NCBI GenBank assembly: GCA_903839875.1
Contig: CAIMDZ010000051.1
Span: 9,586-73,585 of the forward strand
Direction of reading: 5' to 3'
DNA length: 64,000 nucleotides
From: an uncultured Bacteroidota bacterium
GTDB taxonomy: Bacteria > Bacteroidota > Bacteroidia > Chitinophagales > Chitinophagaceae
The position numbers and the translations under genes are program-made. The notes beneath the pieces are model-generated. The model searched no databases, had not been told where the DNA came from, and saw nothing but the letters and a program-made list of their open reading frames with translations. Shown piece after piece: positions 37,156 through 47,322 of the stretch. The first letter of the stretch is position 1. Each line of letters begins with the position of its first letter.

Positions 37156-38430
37156 GTGTCAGGATCAACTAGACCACTTTATAGAATTTGCTGTCGCGGC
37201 ATTTTCCTGTTGTTTTCAGTTTTGCTTTTAGGCAATAATTCCGCCTTCGCCGGCCCCAATGGCGAGGCGTTATTTAAATCCAATTGTGCGGCCTGCCACA
37301 ATCCTGTCAAGGATGTAACCGGTCCGGCACTGAAGGGGTTGAGGGCCACCTTTCCGAGCAAGGAATGGGGATACGAATGGATGAAAAATCCTGCTGCCGT
37401 GCTGGCAAGAGGTGATAAAGCGCCCAACGATTTTAAAGCCAAGTTTGGTGGTACCATTGTAATGACCTCCTTTCCACAGCTATCGCATGAAGAAATTGAC
37501 GCTATTTTCGATTATGTAGATAAATATGAACCACCTGTAGTAAAAACGGAAGATAAAGGAGCGAAGGGTGAAGAGACCGAAACTAACGGATGGGTTTATA
37601 CAGTAATAACCTTGTCATTGCTTGTTTTAGCAATAATTCTGTGGCGTGCCAATCAGGGCCTGCGCCGCGCTGCAAATGATAAAGAAGGTTTACAGAGTGA
37701 AAAGGAAATACCTTTATACAGGAGCAAACTTGTTATTGCCATTGTTGCAATATTAATATTCATAATGGCCGGCTACTGGCTGACTAATGGCGCAGTAAAT
37801 GAAGGCCGCCAGCAGAATTATCAGCCAATACAACCGATATTTTATTCACACAAGGTGCATGCAGGCGTTAACCAGATCAACTGCCTGTATTGCCATGCAG
37901 GCGCTGAAAAGAGCCGCCAGGCAATGATTCCTTCTTCTAATGTATGTATGAACTGCCATAAGCAGATCAACACTTATACCGGCGATCCTTTGCGTACCGC
38001 TGAAGGAAAAGATGTGGATGCAAATGCCCAGATACAATTGCTGTACCAATATGCCGGATGGGACCCAGCGAAGAAGGACTACAAGCGTGATGCCGAAGGC
38101 AACATACTTGCCACTCCTATACAATGGGTTAAGGTTCATAACCTGCCCGACCATGTGTATTTCAACCACGCACAGCACGTGAAAATTGGCCAGGTACAGT
38201 GCCAGCAGTGCCACGGCCCTATACATGATATGGATGAAGTTTACCAATTCTCTGCATTATCAATGGGCTGGTGTATCAATTGCCACCGCTCTACGGATGT
38301 GCAGTTTGAAGCAAACAAATATTATAATAACGTTTACAAAACCTATCATGAGGAACTTAAGGCTGGCAAACGTAAGGGTGTAACAGAAGCGGAGATGGGC
38401 GGAACAGAGTGTCAGAAGTGCCACTATTAA
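37156..38430 (+). CDS. actA: Alternative complex III multiheme cytochrome c subunit ActA (monoheme + pentaheme)
   Basis: Six CxxCH motifs (CAACH, CLYCH, CMNCH, CQQCH, CINCH, CQKCH), two TM helices, QPIFYSHKVH. Track start 37078. Confidence 0.92.
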   Translation: MSGSTRPLYRICCRGIFLLFSVLLLGNNSAFAGPNGEALFKSNCAACHNPVKDVTGPALKGLRATFPSKEWGYEWMKNPAAVLARGDKAPNDFKAKFGGTIVMTSFPQLSHEEIDAIFDYVDKYEPPVVKTEDKGAKGEETETNGWVYTVITLSLLVLAIILWRANQGLRRAANDKEGLQSEKEIPLYRSKLVIAIVAILIFIMAGYWLTNGAVNEGRQQNYQPIQPIFYSHKVHAGVNQINCLYCHAGAEKSRQAMIPSSNVCMNCHKQINTYTGDPLRTAEGKDVDANAQIQLLYQYAGWDPAKKDYKRDAEGNILATPIQWVKVHNLPDHVYFNHAQHVKIGQVQCQQCHGPIHDMDEVYQFSALSMGWCINCHRSTDVQFEANKYYNNVYKTYHEELKAGKRKGVTEAEMGGTECQKCHY

Positions 38431-38440
38431 TGGAATTTGG

Positions 38441-38458
38441 TCCCGATAGCTATCGGGA
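38441..38458. repeat. Palindromic REP-like repeat TCCCGATAGCTATCGGGA
   Basis: Perfect 18-bp palindrome, also at 43352, 44069 and 63198. Confidence 0.9.
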
Positions 38459-38570
38459 GGATTGAAAGAGAGTGAAAATATTAAAGAATAAGACTGGAGA
38501 AGGTGCTCAACAGCTTTCTACTTTCTACTAAGGACTAAAGACTTTTTAATAAGAATTTTGAATTTGCAAT

Positions 38571-41500
38571 ATGAGTCAAAAACAATATTGGTCGGACCTG
38601 GAAGATCTTAATAAGCTCAACAACCCTACGGAAGCAGTGGCGCAGGATGAGTTTAAAGAGGAGTTGCCGTTTGAATTAAGCACCGGCTTATTCAACGCCA
38701 CAACGCCCCGCCGCGACTTTTTAAAGTTCATAGGTTTCAGTACGCTGGCCGCAACGCTTGTTGCCAGTTGCGAGATGCCGGTGCGCAAGGCGATACCATA
38801 CGCCATCAAACCGGAGGATATTGTTCCCGGAATTCCTAATTATTATGCATCAACATTTGCTGACGGAGGTGATTATTGTGCTATAGTGATCAAGACACGT
38901 GATGGCCGTCCGATAAAAATTGAAGGAAATGAGTTGTCTTCAGTTACAAAAGGCGGTACATCGGCAAGGGTGCAGGCTTCGGTTCTTAATTTATATGATA
39001 AAACGCGTCTTCGTTTCCCATTAGCCAACGGAGCCGAAGAAACATTCGCGGCAATTGACGGATTAGTTAAAGAGGGTATCGGTTCAAAACCCGGTTACCT
39101 GGTCACTTCTACCATAATCAGCCCAACCTCAAAAGAGGTTATTGCACAGTTCCTGGCGAAATATCCGGCCATTAAGCACATAACTTATGACGCTTACTCT
39201 TATTCCGGGATGTTGCTTGCCAATGAAGCCTGCTACGGAAAACGCACCTTACCGACTTACCATTTTGAAAAAGCACAAACTATTGTAAGCCTGGGCGCTG
39301 ATTTCCTTGGCACCTGGGTATCTCCTATAGAATTTTCAAAAGGATATTCCAAAAAGCGAAAAATAACTGCTAAGAATCCAACCATTTCACGTCATTACCA
39401 GGTAGAAGCTATGCACACCATTACCGGTGCTGCTGCCGATCACCGCGCAACCTGCAAACCTTCTGAATTGGGTGGTGTAGCAGTGGCTCTTTATGAAGCA
39501 GTTGCAAACGGTAAACAATCATCCGGCCTCAGTAAAAACCTGAACGAACTGGTGAACAAAGCAGCTGCCGACCTGAATCAAACCAGGGGTGCAGGACTTG
39601 TGGTGGGCAGCAGCAATGATGTGAACATTCAGACTGTCATTAATGCCATTAATGACAAAATAGGCGCTAATGGAAGCACTATAAACTGGACAACTACCAG
39701 CAATTGCAAACAGGGTATTGACAAGGATATGGTAGACATGGTAGCCGCAATGGAAGCGGGTACTGTTGGTTCTGTATTCTTCCATAATACTAACCCGGCT
39801 TACGATTACTACGATAGTAAGAAATTTGTAGCAGCGCTTGCAAAAGTGCCGGTAACAGTTTCTTTCGCCGACAGGCAGGATGAAACCGCCCAAAAATGTA
39901 AATTCGTAATTCCCGATCATAATTTCCTGGAAAGCTGGGGAGATGCTGAGCCAAAACCAAATTATTTCAGCCTGCAACAACCGGGTATTGCACCATTGTT
40001 CAAGACCCGTGCATTTCAGGAATCATTAATGATATGGACGGGTTCAACGCAGTCTTACCACGACTTCTGGAAAGATTACTGGATGAAGAAATCAGGCAGC
40101 CAGGAAAATTTCGACAAAGCATTGCAGGATGGTATTGTGGAGCCGGCCGGCGATATGCCTAACGGCGCAGCTCCTTTTGCAGGAAATGTAACTGATGCGA
40201 TTGCTAAAGTTCAGGCAAAACAACCTCATAAAGGGATAGAACTGGTAGTATACCAGAAGATAGGCATTGGCCATGGCGGTGTATGGAGCAATAATCCTTG
40301 GCTGCAGGAGATGCCGGATCCGATAACCAGGACTGTGTGGGATAATTACCTGTGCGTTTCTCCAAAATTTGCTGCCAGCAAAGAAATTAATTCGCCGCTT
40401 ACCGGTTTCAGTGAAGTAGATACAAAGAAGATGGTTGTATCAATCAAGACTGCGAACGGGGTTACCATGAAGCTGCCCATTATTGTAGTTCCGGGTATGC
40501 ACAACGATGTGGTAGCTGTGGCAGTAGGGTATGGCCGTGATAAAAAAGTGGGTCTTGCCGCTGCCAGCGATGAAGTAAAAGGCGAAGGAGGCAGGAATGC
40601 TTATCCCTTTGTAGTGTTCAATGGCCTGACCATGGAACATCATTCTGATGTGACAGAGATTACACCTACGAAGGATGAGTATCATGTTGCTGTTATCCAG
40701 ACGCACAACAGCTATGAAGCCCGTCCTGTAGTGCATGAATATACCCTGGAAGAATTCAAAAAGGATCCTGAGGCGTTGCTTAAAGAACGCGGCGTGGAAA
40801 TTGCGGAATTCGCAACCGTACCATGGGAAGAAGGCAAGCAGGGGAAGGAAGAAAAAATGGATAGCACCAAGGAAGAAGGCTATCGTGAAAATGGTACCCT
40901 CTATCCCAATTATCCTTATGAAGGAATTAAGTGGGGTATGTCAATAGACCTGAACAGTTGTACAGGTTGCGGTGCGTGTGTGGTAGGCTGTATGGCGGAA
41001 AACAACGTTTCGGTTGTAGGTAAGAACCATGCACTCATTGCACATGAAATGCACTGGATACGAATAGACCGTTATTTCAGCGGCATGGCTGATGAACCGG
41101 ATTCTATACAAACTGTATTCCAGCCAATGCTTTGCCAGCACTGTGATAACGCGCCTTGTGAGAATGTGTGCCCAGTATCAGCTACCAACCATAGTTCGGA
41201 AGGGATTAACCAAATGGCTTATAACCGTTGTATCGGTACTAAATATTGTGCAAATAACTGCCCTTATAAAGTTCGTCACTTTAACTGGATGGACTGGAAT
41301 GGCGCAGATTGCTTCGCAGACAACCAGTATGAAGATGGCCGCCGCGATGATCTGAATGACGACCTTACCCGCATGGTGCTGAACCCTGATGTTACAGTAC
41401 GCAGCCGTGGTGTGACGGAAAAATGTACTTTCTGTGTGCAGCGTCTGCAGGAAGCGAAGCTGATATCGAAGAAAGAGGGACATCCGTTAAAAGACGGTGC

Positions 41501-41738
41501 AGCAAAAACAGCATGCCAGCAGGCTTGTCCTACCGATGCTATTGTTTTTGGTAACGTGAAAGACAAGGAAAGCAATATATTTAAACTGCGCAGGCAGGAA
41601 CAGGTAGAGCGTACTTTCTATGTGCTGGAGCACATACATACCCTGCCTAACATAAATTATCTTTCTAAGATCAGGAATACGGAAGAAATTAATGCACTGG
41701 AAGAGAAAAAGAATGATTTCCTGAAGTACCATATTTAG
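38571..41738 (+). CDS. actB: ACIII subunit ActB (molybdopterin-oxidoreductase-like + Fe-S domains, TAT signal)
   Basis: RRDFLK TAT motif and Fe-S motifs CTGCGACVVGC, CQHCDNAPCENVCP, CIGTKYCANNCP, CTFC...CQQACP. Confidence 0.93.
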   Translation: MSQKQYWSDLEDLNKLNNPTEAVAQDEFKEELPFELSTGLFNATTPRRDFLKFIGFSTLAATLVASCEMPVRKAIPYAIKPEDIVPGIPNYYASTFADGGDYCAIVIKTRDGRPIKIEGNELSSVTKGGTSARVQASVLNLYDKTRLRFPLANGAEETFAAIDGLVKEGIGSKPGYLVTSTIISPTSKEVIAQFLAKYPAIKHITYDAYSYSGMLLANEACYGKRTLPTYHFEKAQTIVSLGADFLGTWVSPIEFSKGYSKKRKITAKNPTISRHYQVEAMHTITGAAADHRATCKPSELGGVAVALYEAVANGKQSSGLSKNLNELVNKAAADLNQTRGAGLVVGSSNDVNIQTVINAINDKIGANGSTINWTTTSNCKQGIDKDMVDMVAAMEAGTVGSVFFHNTNPAYDYYDSKKFVAALAKVPVTVSFADRQDETAQKCKFVIPDHNFLESWGDAEPKPNYFSLQQPGIAPLFKTRAFQESLMIWTGSTQSYHDFWKDYWMKKSGSQENFDKALQDGIVEPAGDMPNGAAPFAGNVTDAIAKVQAKQPHKGIELVVYQKIGIGHGGVWSNNPWLQEMPDPITRTVWDNYLCVSPKFAASKEINSPLTGFSEVDTKKMVVSIKTANGVTMKLPIIVVPGMHNDVVAVAVGYGRDKKVGLAAASDEVKGEGGRNAYPFVVFNGLTMEHHSDVTEITPTKDEYHVAVIQTHNSYEARPVVHEYTLEEFKKDPEALLKERGVEIAEFATVPWEEGKQGKEEKMDSTKEEGYRENGTLYPNYPYEGIKWGMSIDLNSCTGCGACVVGCMAENNVSVVGKNHALIAHEMHWIRIDRYFSGMADEPDSIQTVFQPMLCQHCDNAPCENVCPVSATNHSSEGINQMAYNRCIGTKYCANNCPYKVRHFNWMDWNGADCFADNQYEDGRRDDLNDDLTRMVLNPDVTVRSRGVTEKCTFCVQRLQEAKLISKKEGHPLKDGAAKTACQQACPTDAIVFGNVKDKESNIFKLRRQEQVERTFYVLEHIHTLPNINYLSKIRNTEEINALEEKKNDFLKYHI

Positions 41739-41877
41739 TTGATAAGTTGATTGTTTGAATAGTTGATAAGTTAATAAGAAAAAGATAGAGTCCGGTCAGA
41801 TTAAGAGTAAACATAAGTGCGCTTTTTGGTTTTGACTTTTGGCTTTTGACTTTATAAAAAAATACTAATTACGTGCT

Positions 41878-43341
41878 ATGCATTTAAAGTACGAATCGTT
41901 TGTTAGAGAACCGCTTGTAGATGGTAATAAGACTTTTCACGACGTGTCGGAAGACATTGTTAGCCCTATTGAGCGGAAACCGGGGCGCATGTGGTACGTG
42001 GGATTTTTCTTTTCAGTGATATTACTTTGTTACGGAATATTTTCCGTTAGCTGGTCGGTATACTGGGGACTTGGTACATGGGGGGTAAACCGTACTGTGG
42101 GCTGGGGCTGGGATATTACCAACTTCGTTTGGTGGATCGGTATCGGTCACGCCGGAACGCTGATCTCTGCGATCCTTTTACTATTTCGCCAGGGATGGCG
42201 TACAGGGGTGAACCGTGCTGCGGAAGCAATGACCATATTTGCGGTAATGTGTGCGGGCCAGTTTCCGATATGGCACATGGGCCGTGTGTGGGATGGTTTC
42301 TGGGTTTTACCTTTACCAAACAGCCGTGGACCATTATGGCCCAACTTCGATTCTCCATTGCTTTGGGACGTGTTCGCGATCTCGACTTACTTCACAGTAT
42401 CCTTATTATTCTGGTATTCCGGTCTTATCCCTGATTTTTCGCTCATCCGCGACAGGGCAAAAACCAAGTTCCGTAAAATGGCGTATGGTATTGCATCGTT
42501 CGGCTGGACCGGTACTGCCAAGAACTGGCAGCGTATGGAAGCCCTGGCGCTTGTGCTTGCCGGCCTTTCTACTCCCCTGGTACTTTCAGTGCATACCATA
42601 GTATCCTTCGACTTCGCCACTTCAGTTATTCCCGGATGGCATACTACCATCTTCCCCCCATACTTCGTGGCAGGTGCTGTATTCTCAGGTTTCGCAATGG
42701 TGAATACACTGCTGGTAATCACCCGCCGTATACTTCACCTGGAGGAATATATTACTATTGGCCACCTGGAGGCTATGAATAAGATCATTGTATTAACAGG
42801 TTCCATAGTGGGTGTTGCTTACCTTACCGAGCTCTTCATCTCCTGGTACAGTCAGTCATGGGGCGAAATGGCCGCTTTCCAGTGGCGTATCATGGGTCCA
42901 TACTGGTGGAGCTATTGGGCTATGATGACCTGCAACGTGGTATCACCGCAGTTATTCTGGGTAAAGAAATTGCGTCGCAATATCCCCTTCACCTTTGTTA
43001 TGTCCATAGTAGTGAACATTGGTATGTGGTTCGAGCGTTTTGTGATCATCGTTACCTCCACCTATCGCGACTGGGTACCGGCGAGCTGGTCATACTACAG
43101 CCCTCAATGGCCTGAGGTTGGTTTCTACCTCGGCACGTTCGGATTGTTCTTTACCTGCTACTTCCTGTTCGCTAAATATTGTCCCGTGATAGCTATTGCC
43201 GAAATTAAATTCGTATTGAAGACATCAGGCGATAATTATAAGAGGGATATGGAGAAAATAGATGCAATGGAAGGTGAGGAATTTGTTCACCTGGTGCAAA
43301 CGCATCACGAGGAAGAAGGGCATGAGGTGCTGGCACACTAG
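41878..43341 (+). CDS. actC: ACIII subunit ActC (NrfD/PsrC-family quinol-binding membrane subunit)
   Basis: WGWDITNFVWWIGIGHAGTLISA, LLWDVFAISTYF, LSVHTIVSFDF, GMWFERF. Confidence 0.95.
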   Translation: MHLKYESFVREPLVDGNKTFHDVSEDIVSPIERKPGRMWYVGFFFSVILLCYGIFSVSWSVYWGLGTWGVNRTVGWGWDITNFVWWIGIGHAGTLISAILLLFRQGWRTGVNRAAEAMTIFAVMCAGQFPIWHMGRVWDGFWVLPLPNSRGPLWPNFDSPLLWDVFAISTYFTVSLLFWYSGLIPDFSLIRDRAKTKFRKMAYGIASFGWTGTAKNWQRMEALALVLAGLSTPLVLSVHTIVSFDFATSVIPGWHTTIFPPYFVAGAVFSGFAMVNTLLVITRRILHLEEYITIGHLEAMNKIIVLTGSIVGVAYLTELFISWYSQSWGEMAAFQWRIMGPYWWSYWAMMTCNVVSPQLFWVKKLRRNIPFTFVMSIVVNIGMWFERFVIIVTSTYRDWVPASWSYYSPQWPEVGFYLGTFGLFFTCYFLFAKYCPVIAIAEIKFVLKTSGDNYKRDMEKIDAMEGEEFVHLVQTHHEEEGHEVLAH

Positions 43342-43351
43342 TGGAATTAGG

Positions 43352-43369
43352 TCCCGATAGCTATCGGGA
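43352..43369. repeat. Palindromic REP-like repeat TCCCGATAGCTATCGGGA
   Basis: Exact copy after the actC stop. Confidence 0.9.
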
Positions 43370-43475
43370 TGTAGTTTGGAATTTGGATTGGAGATTAAGT
43401 AATTAAATTAAAAACGTAGATTTTAGATAACAGTTTTCTACTTTCTACTAATGACTTTAGACTAATTTTTTTGAG

Positions 43476-44060
43476 ATGGCTATAAAAAAGTTTGCGGTTG
43501 CGGCTTACGATGACGAGAATGTGTTATTCCCGGCAGTTGCTAAAGTTCGCCGTAGCGGTTACAAGATACACGACGTTTATACACCATTTGCGGTGCATGG
43601 ATTGGATGAAGCCCTGGGTTATAAATCCACCGATCTTCACATTGCCGGGTTTATTTATGGTTTGTGCGGTACATCAACGGCAGTAGGGTTTATTTCATGG
43701 ATTTATTGCTCCGACTGGCCTATTAATTATGGCGGTAAACCTCACTTTGCATTACCGGCATGGATACCTATTACTTTTGAGCTCACCGTATTATTTGCTG
43801 CAGTAGGCATGACACTTACTATGTGTTACCTGAACCAGATAATGCCGGGTGTAAAAAAACACGTGTTCCATCCGCGCCAGAGTGATGATATGTTTGTAAT
43901 GGCCATTGAATTGAATAACCATACATCGGAGGAAGCAGCATTGGCGTTTCTTAAAACTACCGGCGCTAAGGAAACATCCATTCAGACTGCAGAAGCAGGC
44001 TGGTGGTATGGCAGATGGGATAAGAAAGAACCTTATGAGGCGCTGAATGCAGGGGTTTAG
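43476..44060 (+). CDS. actD: ACIII subunit ActD (DUF3341)
   Basis: VYTPFAVHGLD, DWPINYGGKP, PITFELTVLF. Confidence 0.93.
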   Translation: MAIKKFAVAAYDDENVLFPAVAKVRRSGYKIHDVYTPFAVHGLDEALGYKSTDLHIAGFIYGLCGTSTAVGFISWIYCSDWPINYGGKPHFALPAWIPITFELTVLFAAVGMTLTMCYLNQIMPGVKKHVFHPRQSDDMFVMAIELNNHTSEEAALAFLKTTGAKETSIQTAEAGWWYGRWDKKEPYEALNAGV

Positions 44061-44068
44061 GAATTGGG

Positions 44069-44086
44069 TCCCGATAGCTATCGGGA
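44069..44086. repeat. Palindromic REP-like repeat TCCCGATAGCTATCGGGA
   Basis: Exact copy after the actD stop. Confidence 0.9.
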
Positions 44087-44204
44087 GTAATTAGGACTTT
44101 GGATTGTGGATTTGGGTCGTGGTTAAAGAATAGGAAATATTGATTAAGGGAAGCACATAATAGCTTTCGACTTTCGACTAAGGACTTTAGACTTTTTAAG
44201 AAAT

Positions 44205-44885
44205 ATGAACAAGATTAAAAGCATAGTAGTAGCAAGCATGGGGATCGCACTCGGCCTCGCGTCATGCGACTCGGGAAATATGCGGCGTACCCCTGGGCAC
44301 ATTTATGCACCCGATATGACCTATTCGCGTGCTTACGATGCTTATACTTCCAATCCAAAGCTGGGGAAAGACAGCCTCATAAGCCATTTGCCGGTAGATG
44401 GTACTATTGCACGCGGCCATCTTTACGATCACCTTAAGGAAGGTGATACCAATGCATATAAGACTTACACCACTGCTATGCGTTTCAATGCAGATGAAAT
44501 GAAAGAAGGCGGGCGTTTATTCAATATTTATTGCGGGATTTGTCATGGAACAAATCTTGACGGTAATGGTCCGTTGTATAACGGAGGCAATGGTAAATTT
44601 GCAGCTGCTCCGGCTAATTTTAAGGATGCCAAATATTTACACATGCCTGTGGGACAGATGTATGCGGCTATTAAATACGGAAAGAACATGATGGGCACTT
44701 ATGCCAGCCAGCTGGATGTGAAACAGCGCTGGATGGTATTGGCATATATCAAAAAATTTCAGTCAGCAAATGGTGGTGATCCCTTTATTTTCGGTGAAGG
44801 CGGGCCTGAAATAAAAGCAGACTCTGCAAAAACTGTGACTGCAACTGCGGCAAATACAAACGCTGCCAACAACAATAAAAAATAA
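44205..44885 (+). CDS. actE: ACIII subunit ActE (monoheme cytochrome c lipoprotein)
   Basis: Lipobox LASC, YAPDM, CGICHG, GKNMMG. Confidence 0.93.
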   Translation: MNKIKSIVVASMGIALGLASCDSGNMRRTPGHIYAPDMTYSRAYDAYTSNPKLGKDSLISHLPVDGTIARGHLYDHLKEGDTNAYKTYTTAMRFNADEMKEGGRLFNIYCGICHGTNLDGNGPLYNGGNGKFAAAPANFKDAKYLHMPVGQMYAAIKYGKNMMGTYASQLDVKQRWMVLAYIKKFQSANGGDPFIFGEGGPEIKADSAKTVTATAANTNAANNNKK

Positions 44886-44924
44886 ATAAAGAATTTTAAA
44901 ACGTTTTTTAATAAAAGTAGAACA

Positions 44925-46151
44925 ATGAATGACCGTTTTGAGATACCCGGACGCTTAAGAAACACAAGCCTCTTCCTGATAGCGATCGGCGTGATAACGC
45001 TGATCGCAGGAGTAGTTTGTTTGCTGATGGGCCACGATGATATTGAACGTGCACGCTTCTGGCTGGTGCTGTTGCATGACAGCATATTTTTTACACTGAT
45101 AACTACCGTCAGCATATTTATTATGGCTGCCAGCACACTTGCACATGGTGCATGGATCGTGGCCTACAGGCGTGTTACGGAAGCTATTGGCGCTAATGTG
45201 TGGTTGTTTGCTACTATTGCAGGCGCCGTATTGTTGCTGATCGTGTTTACTTTCAGGGATGCTCATGGCGTCAATACTATTTATCAATGGGTGACAGAGG
45301 CTGAACCGGGAAAAGATAAAATACTTTTGGGCAAGAAGGCATTCCTTAATAAAGGTATGTTCGTAGGATTTACACTTATTACTTTTGGCCTTTGGTCTTA
45401 TTTTGGCCGTTATTTCAGGGCTATGTCTATAGCACAGGAAAGCGCTCCTAAGAATGATACCAGGCTTTATTGGAAGGTGTTCCGTATGGCCGGCCTTTTT
45501 CTGCTGGTATACGCACTGTCACAAATGAGCACAGGCCCATGGTTATGGATCATGAGTATACAGGCACACTGGTATTCTACCTTGTTTAGCTGGTACACTT
45601 TTGCCAGCTCTTTTGTAAGTGGCATGTCGCTGATATTGCTGTGGGTAGTGTACCTGAAGAACCAGGGTAACCTGGAACTGGTAACCAAAGAACACATGCA
45701 TGACCTCGGTAAGTTCATGTTTGCCTTCAGTATTTTCTGGACCTATCTCTGGTTCTCGCAATACATGCTGCAATGGTATGCCAACATACCGGATGAAACT
45801 GTGTTCATTAAGCTTCGCCAGCAAGGCCCTTACAGTGTAATATTCTATGCCAACTTTATTATCAATTTTTGCATGCCGATTCTGATAATAATGTCTCGCC
45901 CAAGCAAGCGTAATTATTTCACGCTTACTTTTATGGCCATGTTTATCATTTTCGGTCACTGGCTTGATTTCTACCAGATGATCATGCCACGTCCTCTGGG
46001 AGAACATTGGCATATCAACTGGTATGAAATAGGCATCTTCATGGGTTTTGCCGGTATACTTATTTTTAGTGTATCACGCACACTTACAAAATCATCATTG
46101 GTGCCAAATAATAACCTGTTGCTTAAAGAAACAATTGTGCATATTAGCTAG
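44925..46151 (+). CDS. actF: ACIII subunit ActF
   Basis: About 10 TM segments, WIMSIQAHWYSTLFSWY, HDLGKFMFAFSIFWTYLWFSQY-x-L-x-WYANIP. Confidence 0.93.
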   Translation: MNDRFEIPGRLRNTSLFLIAIGVITLIAGVVCLLMGHDDIERARFWLVLLHDSIFFTLITTVSIFIMAASTLAHGAWIVAYRRVTEAIGANVWLFATIAGAVLLLIVFTFRDAHGVNTIYQWVTEAEPGKDKILLGKKAFLNKGMFVGFTLITFGLWSYFGRYFRAMSIAQESAPKNDTRLYWKVFRMAGLFLLVYALSQMSTGPWLWIMSIQAHWYSTLFSWYTFASSFVSGMSLILLWVVYLKNQGNLELVTKEHMHDLGKFMFAFSIFWTYLWFSQYMLQWYANIPDETVFIKLRQQGPYSVIFYANFIINFCMPILIIMSRPSKRNYFTLTFMAMFIIFGHWLDFYQMIMPRPLGEHWHINWYEIGIFMGFAGILIFSVSRTLTKSSLVPNNNLLLKETIVHIS

Positions 46152-46242
46152 TGTGAAAATCTGACAATGTGCAGATATGCAAATATGAAAAGGAAATTTA
46201 TTAGTAAATAAAATAATTAACAAGTACATAAGCTGAACGACC

Positions 46243-47286
46243 ATGTCGGTATTTATTATTATAACATTGATAGTCCTTGTATTCGTCATTATCTACCAGA
46301 TAGGTAAAGCGAGCGAATATGCCGTAGTGCTGCGCGGAGAAGAAAAAGTAAAAACGCAGACAAACCGAACAATAGCGTTTTTGCTTTTAGTCATGTTCGT
46401 ACTGGGTGTGTGGGGCATTTGGGAATGTAATGAAATGTTTAAAGACCGCATGTTGCCGGTAGCAGCCTGTAAAACAGGTGAGAACTATGACCTGATGTTC
46501 AAATATACCATCATTGTAACAGGCATAGTTTTTTTCCTTACTCAAGGCATTCTTTTCTGGTTTTGTTTCAAATTCCAGGCAACCGGAAAACGTACCGCAT
46601 TCTACTTCGCGCATAATAATAAGCTGGAACTCATCTGGACTACTATTCCTGCAATTGCAATGGCTATACTTGTTGCCATAGGGTTGCGCAACTGGTTTGA
46701 AGTTACTTCGGTGGCGCCTGCTAATGCTACGGTTGTCGAGGTGGTAGGAAAACAGTTCAACTGGATGATACGTTATCCCGGCGCCGATAACCAGCTTGGT
46801 AAAAGGGATTTCCACAAAATAAACGATGCCAATAATATCCTTGGTCTTGACTGGAGTGATCCGCATAATATGGACGATATTATTTCACAGAGTGGTGAAT
46901 TGCATGTGGTGGTTGACAAGCCTGTGAAATTGCTGATCGGTTCCCGCGATGTGATACATGATGTTGGTCTGCCGCATTTCCGTATGAAAATGGATGCTGT
47001 TCCCGGTATCACCACTACCTTATGGTTCACACCTACTATCACTACCGCAAAGATGAAGGAGCTGACTCATAACCCTGATTTTGTGTACGAGATAGCCTGC
47101 GACCAGCTTTGCGGAAAAGGCCATTATTCTATGAGGGGTACCATTATAGTGGAAACTCAGGCAGAATATGATGCCTGGCTGCTGATGCAACCATCGTACT
47201 ATTCTCAGAACAATCCTTCGGCGGCTCCGGCAGCAATGCCTGCAGCGCCCAAAACTGATAGTGTAAAAGCAATAACGAAGAAATAA
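46243..47286 (+). CDS. coxB: Cytochrome c oxidase subunit II
   Basis: LELIWT, GKQFNW, CuA ligands DVIH...CDQLCGKGHYSM. Confidence 0.95.
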   Translation: MSVFIIITLIVLVFVIIYQIGKASEYAVVLRGEEKVKTQTNRTIAFLLLVMFVLGVWGIWECNEMFKDRMLPVAACKTGENYDLMFKYTIIVTGIVFFLTQGILFWFCFKFQATGKRTAFYFAHNNKLELIWTTIPAIAMAILVAIGLRNWFEVTSVAPANATVVEVVGKQFNWMIRYPGADNQLGKRDFHKINDANNILGLDWSDPHNMDDIISQSGELHVVVDKPVKLLIGSRDVIHDVGLPHFRMKMDAVPGITTTLWFTPTITTAKMKELTHNPDFVYEIACDQLCGKGHYSMRGTIIVETQAEYDAWLLMQPSYYSQNNPSAAPAAMPAAPKTDSVKAITKK

Positions 47287-47322
47287 TCCGCTATTAATTA
47301 AATAGCTACAAAAGAGCAGAAA

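Noticed and set aside
47090-47135. Gln instead of Glu in the CuA motif (CDQLC) of oxidase subunit II
   Set aside because: That position ligates through the backbone carbonyl and is known to vary (Gln in Thermus ba3), so it is not evidence of a defect.
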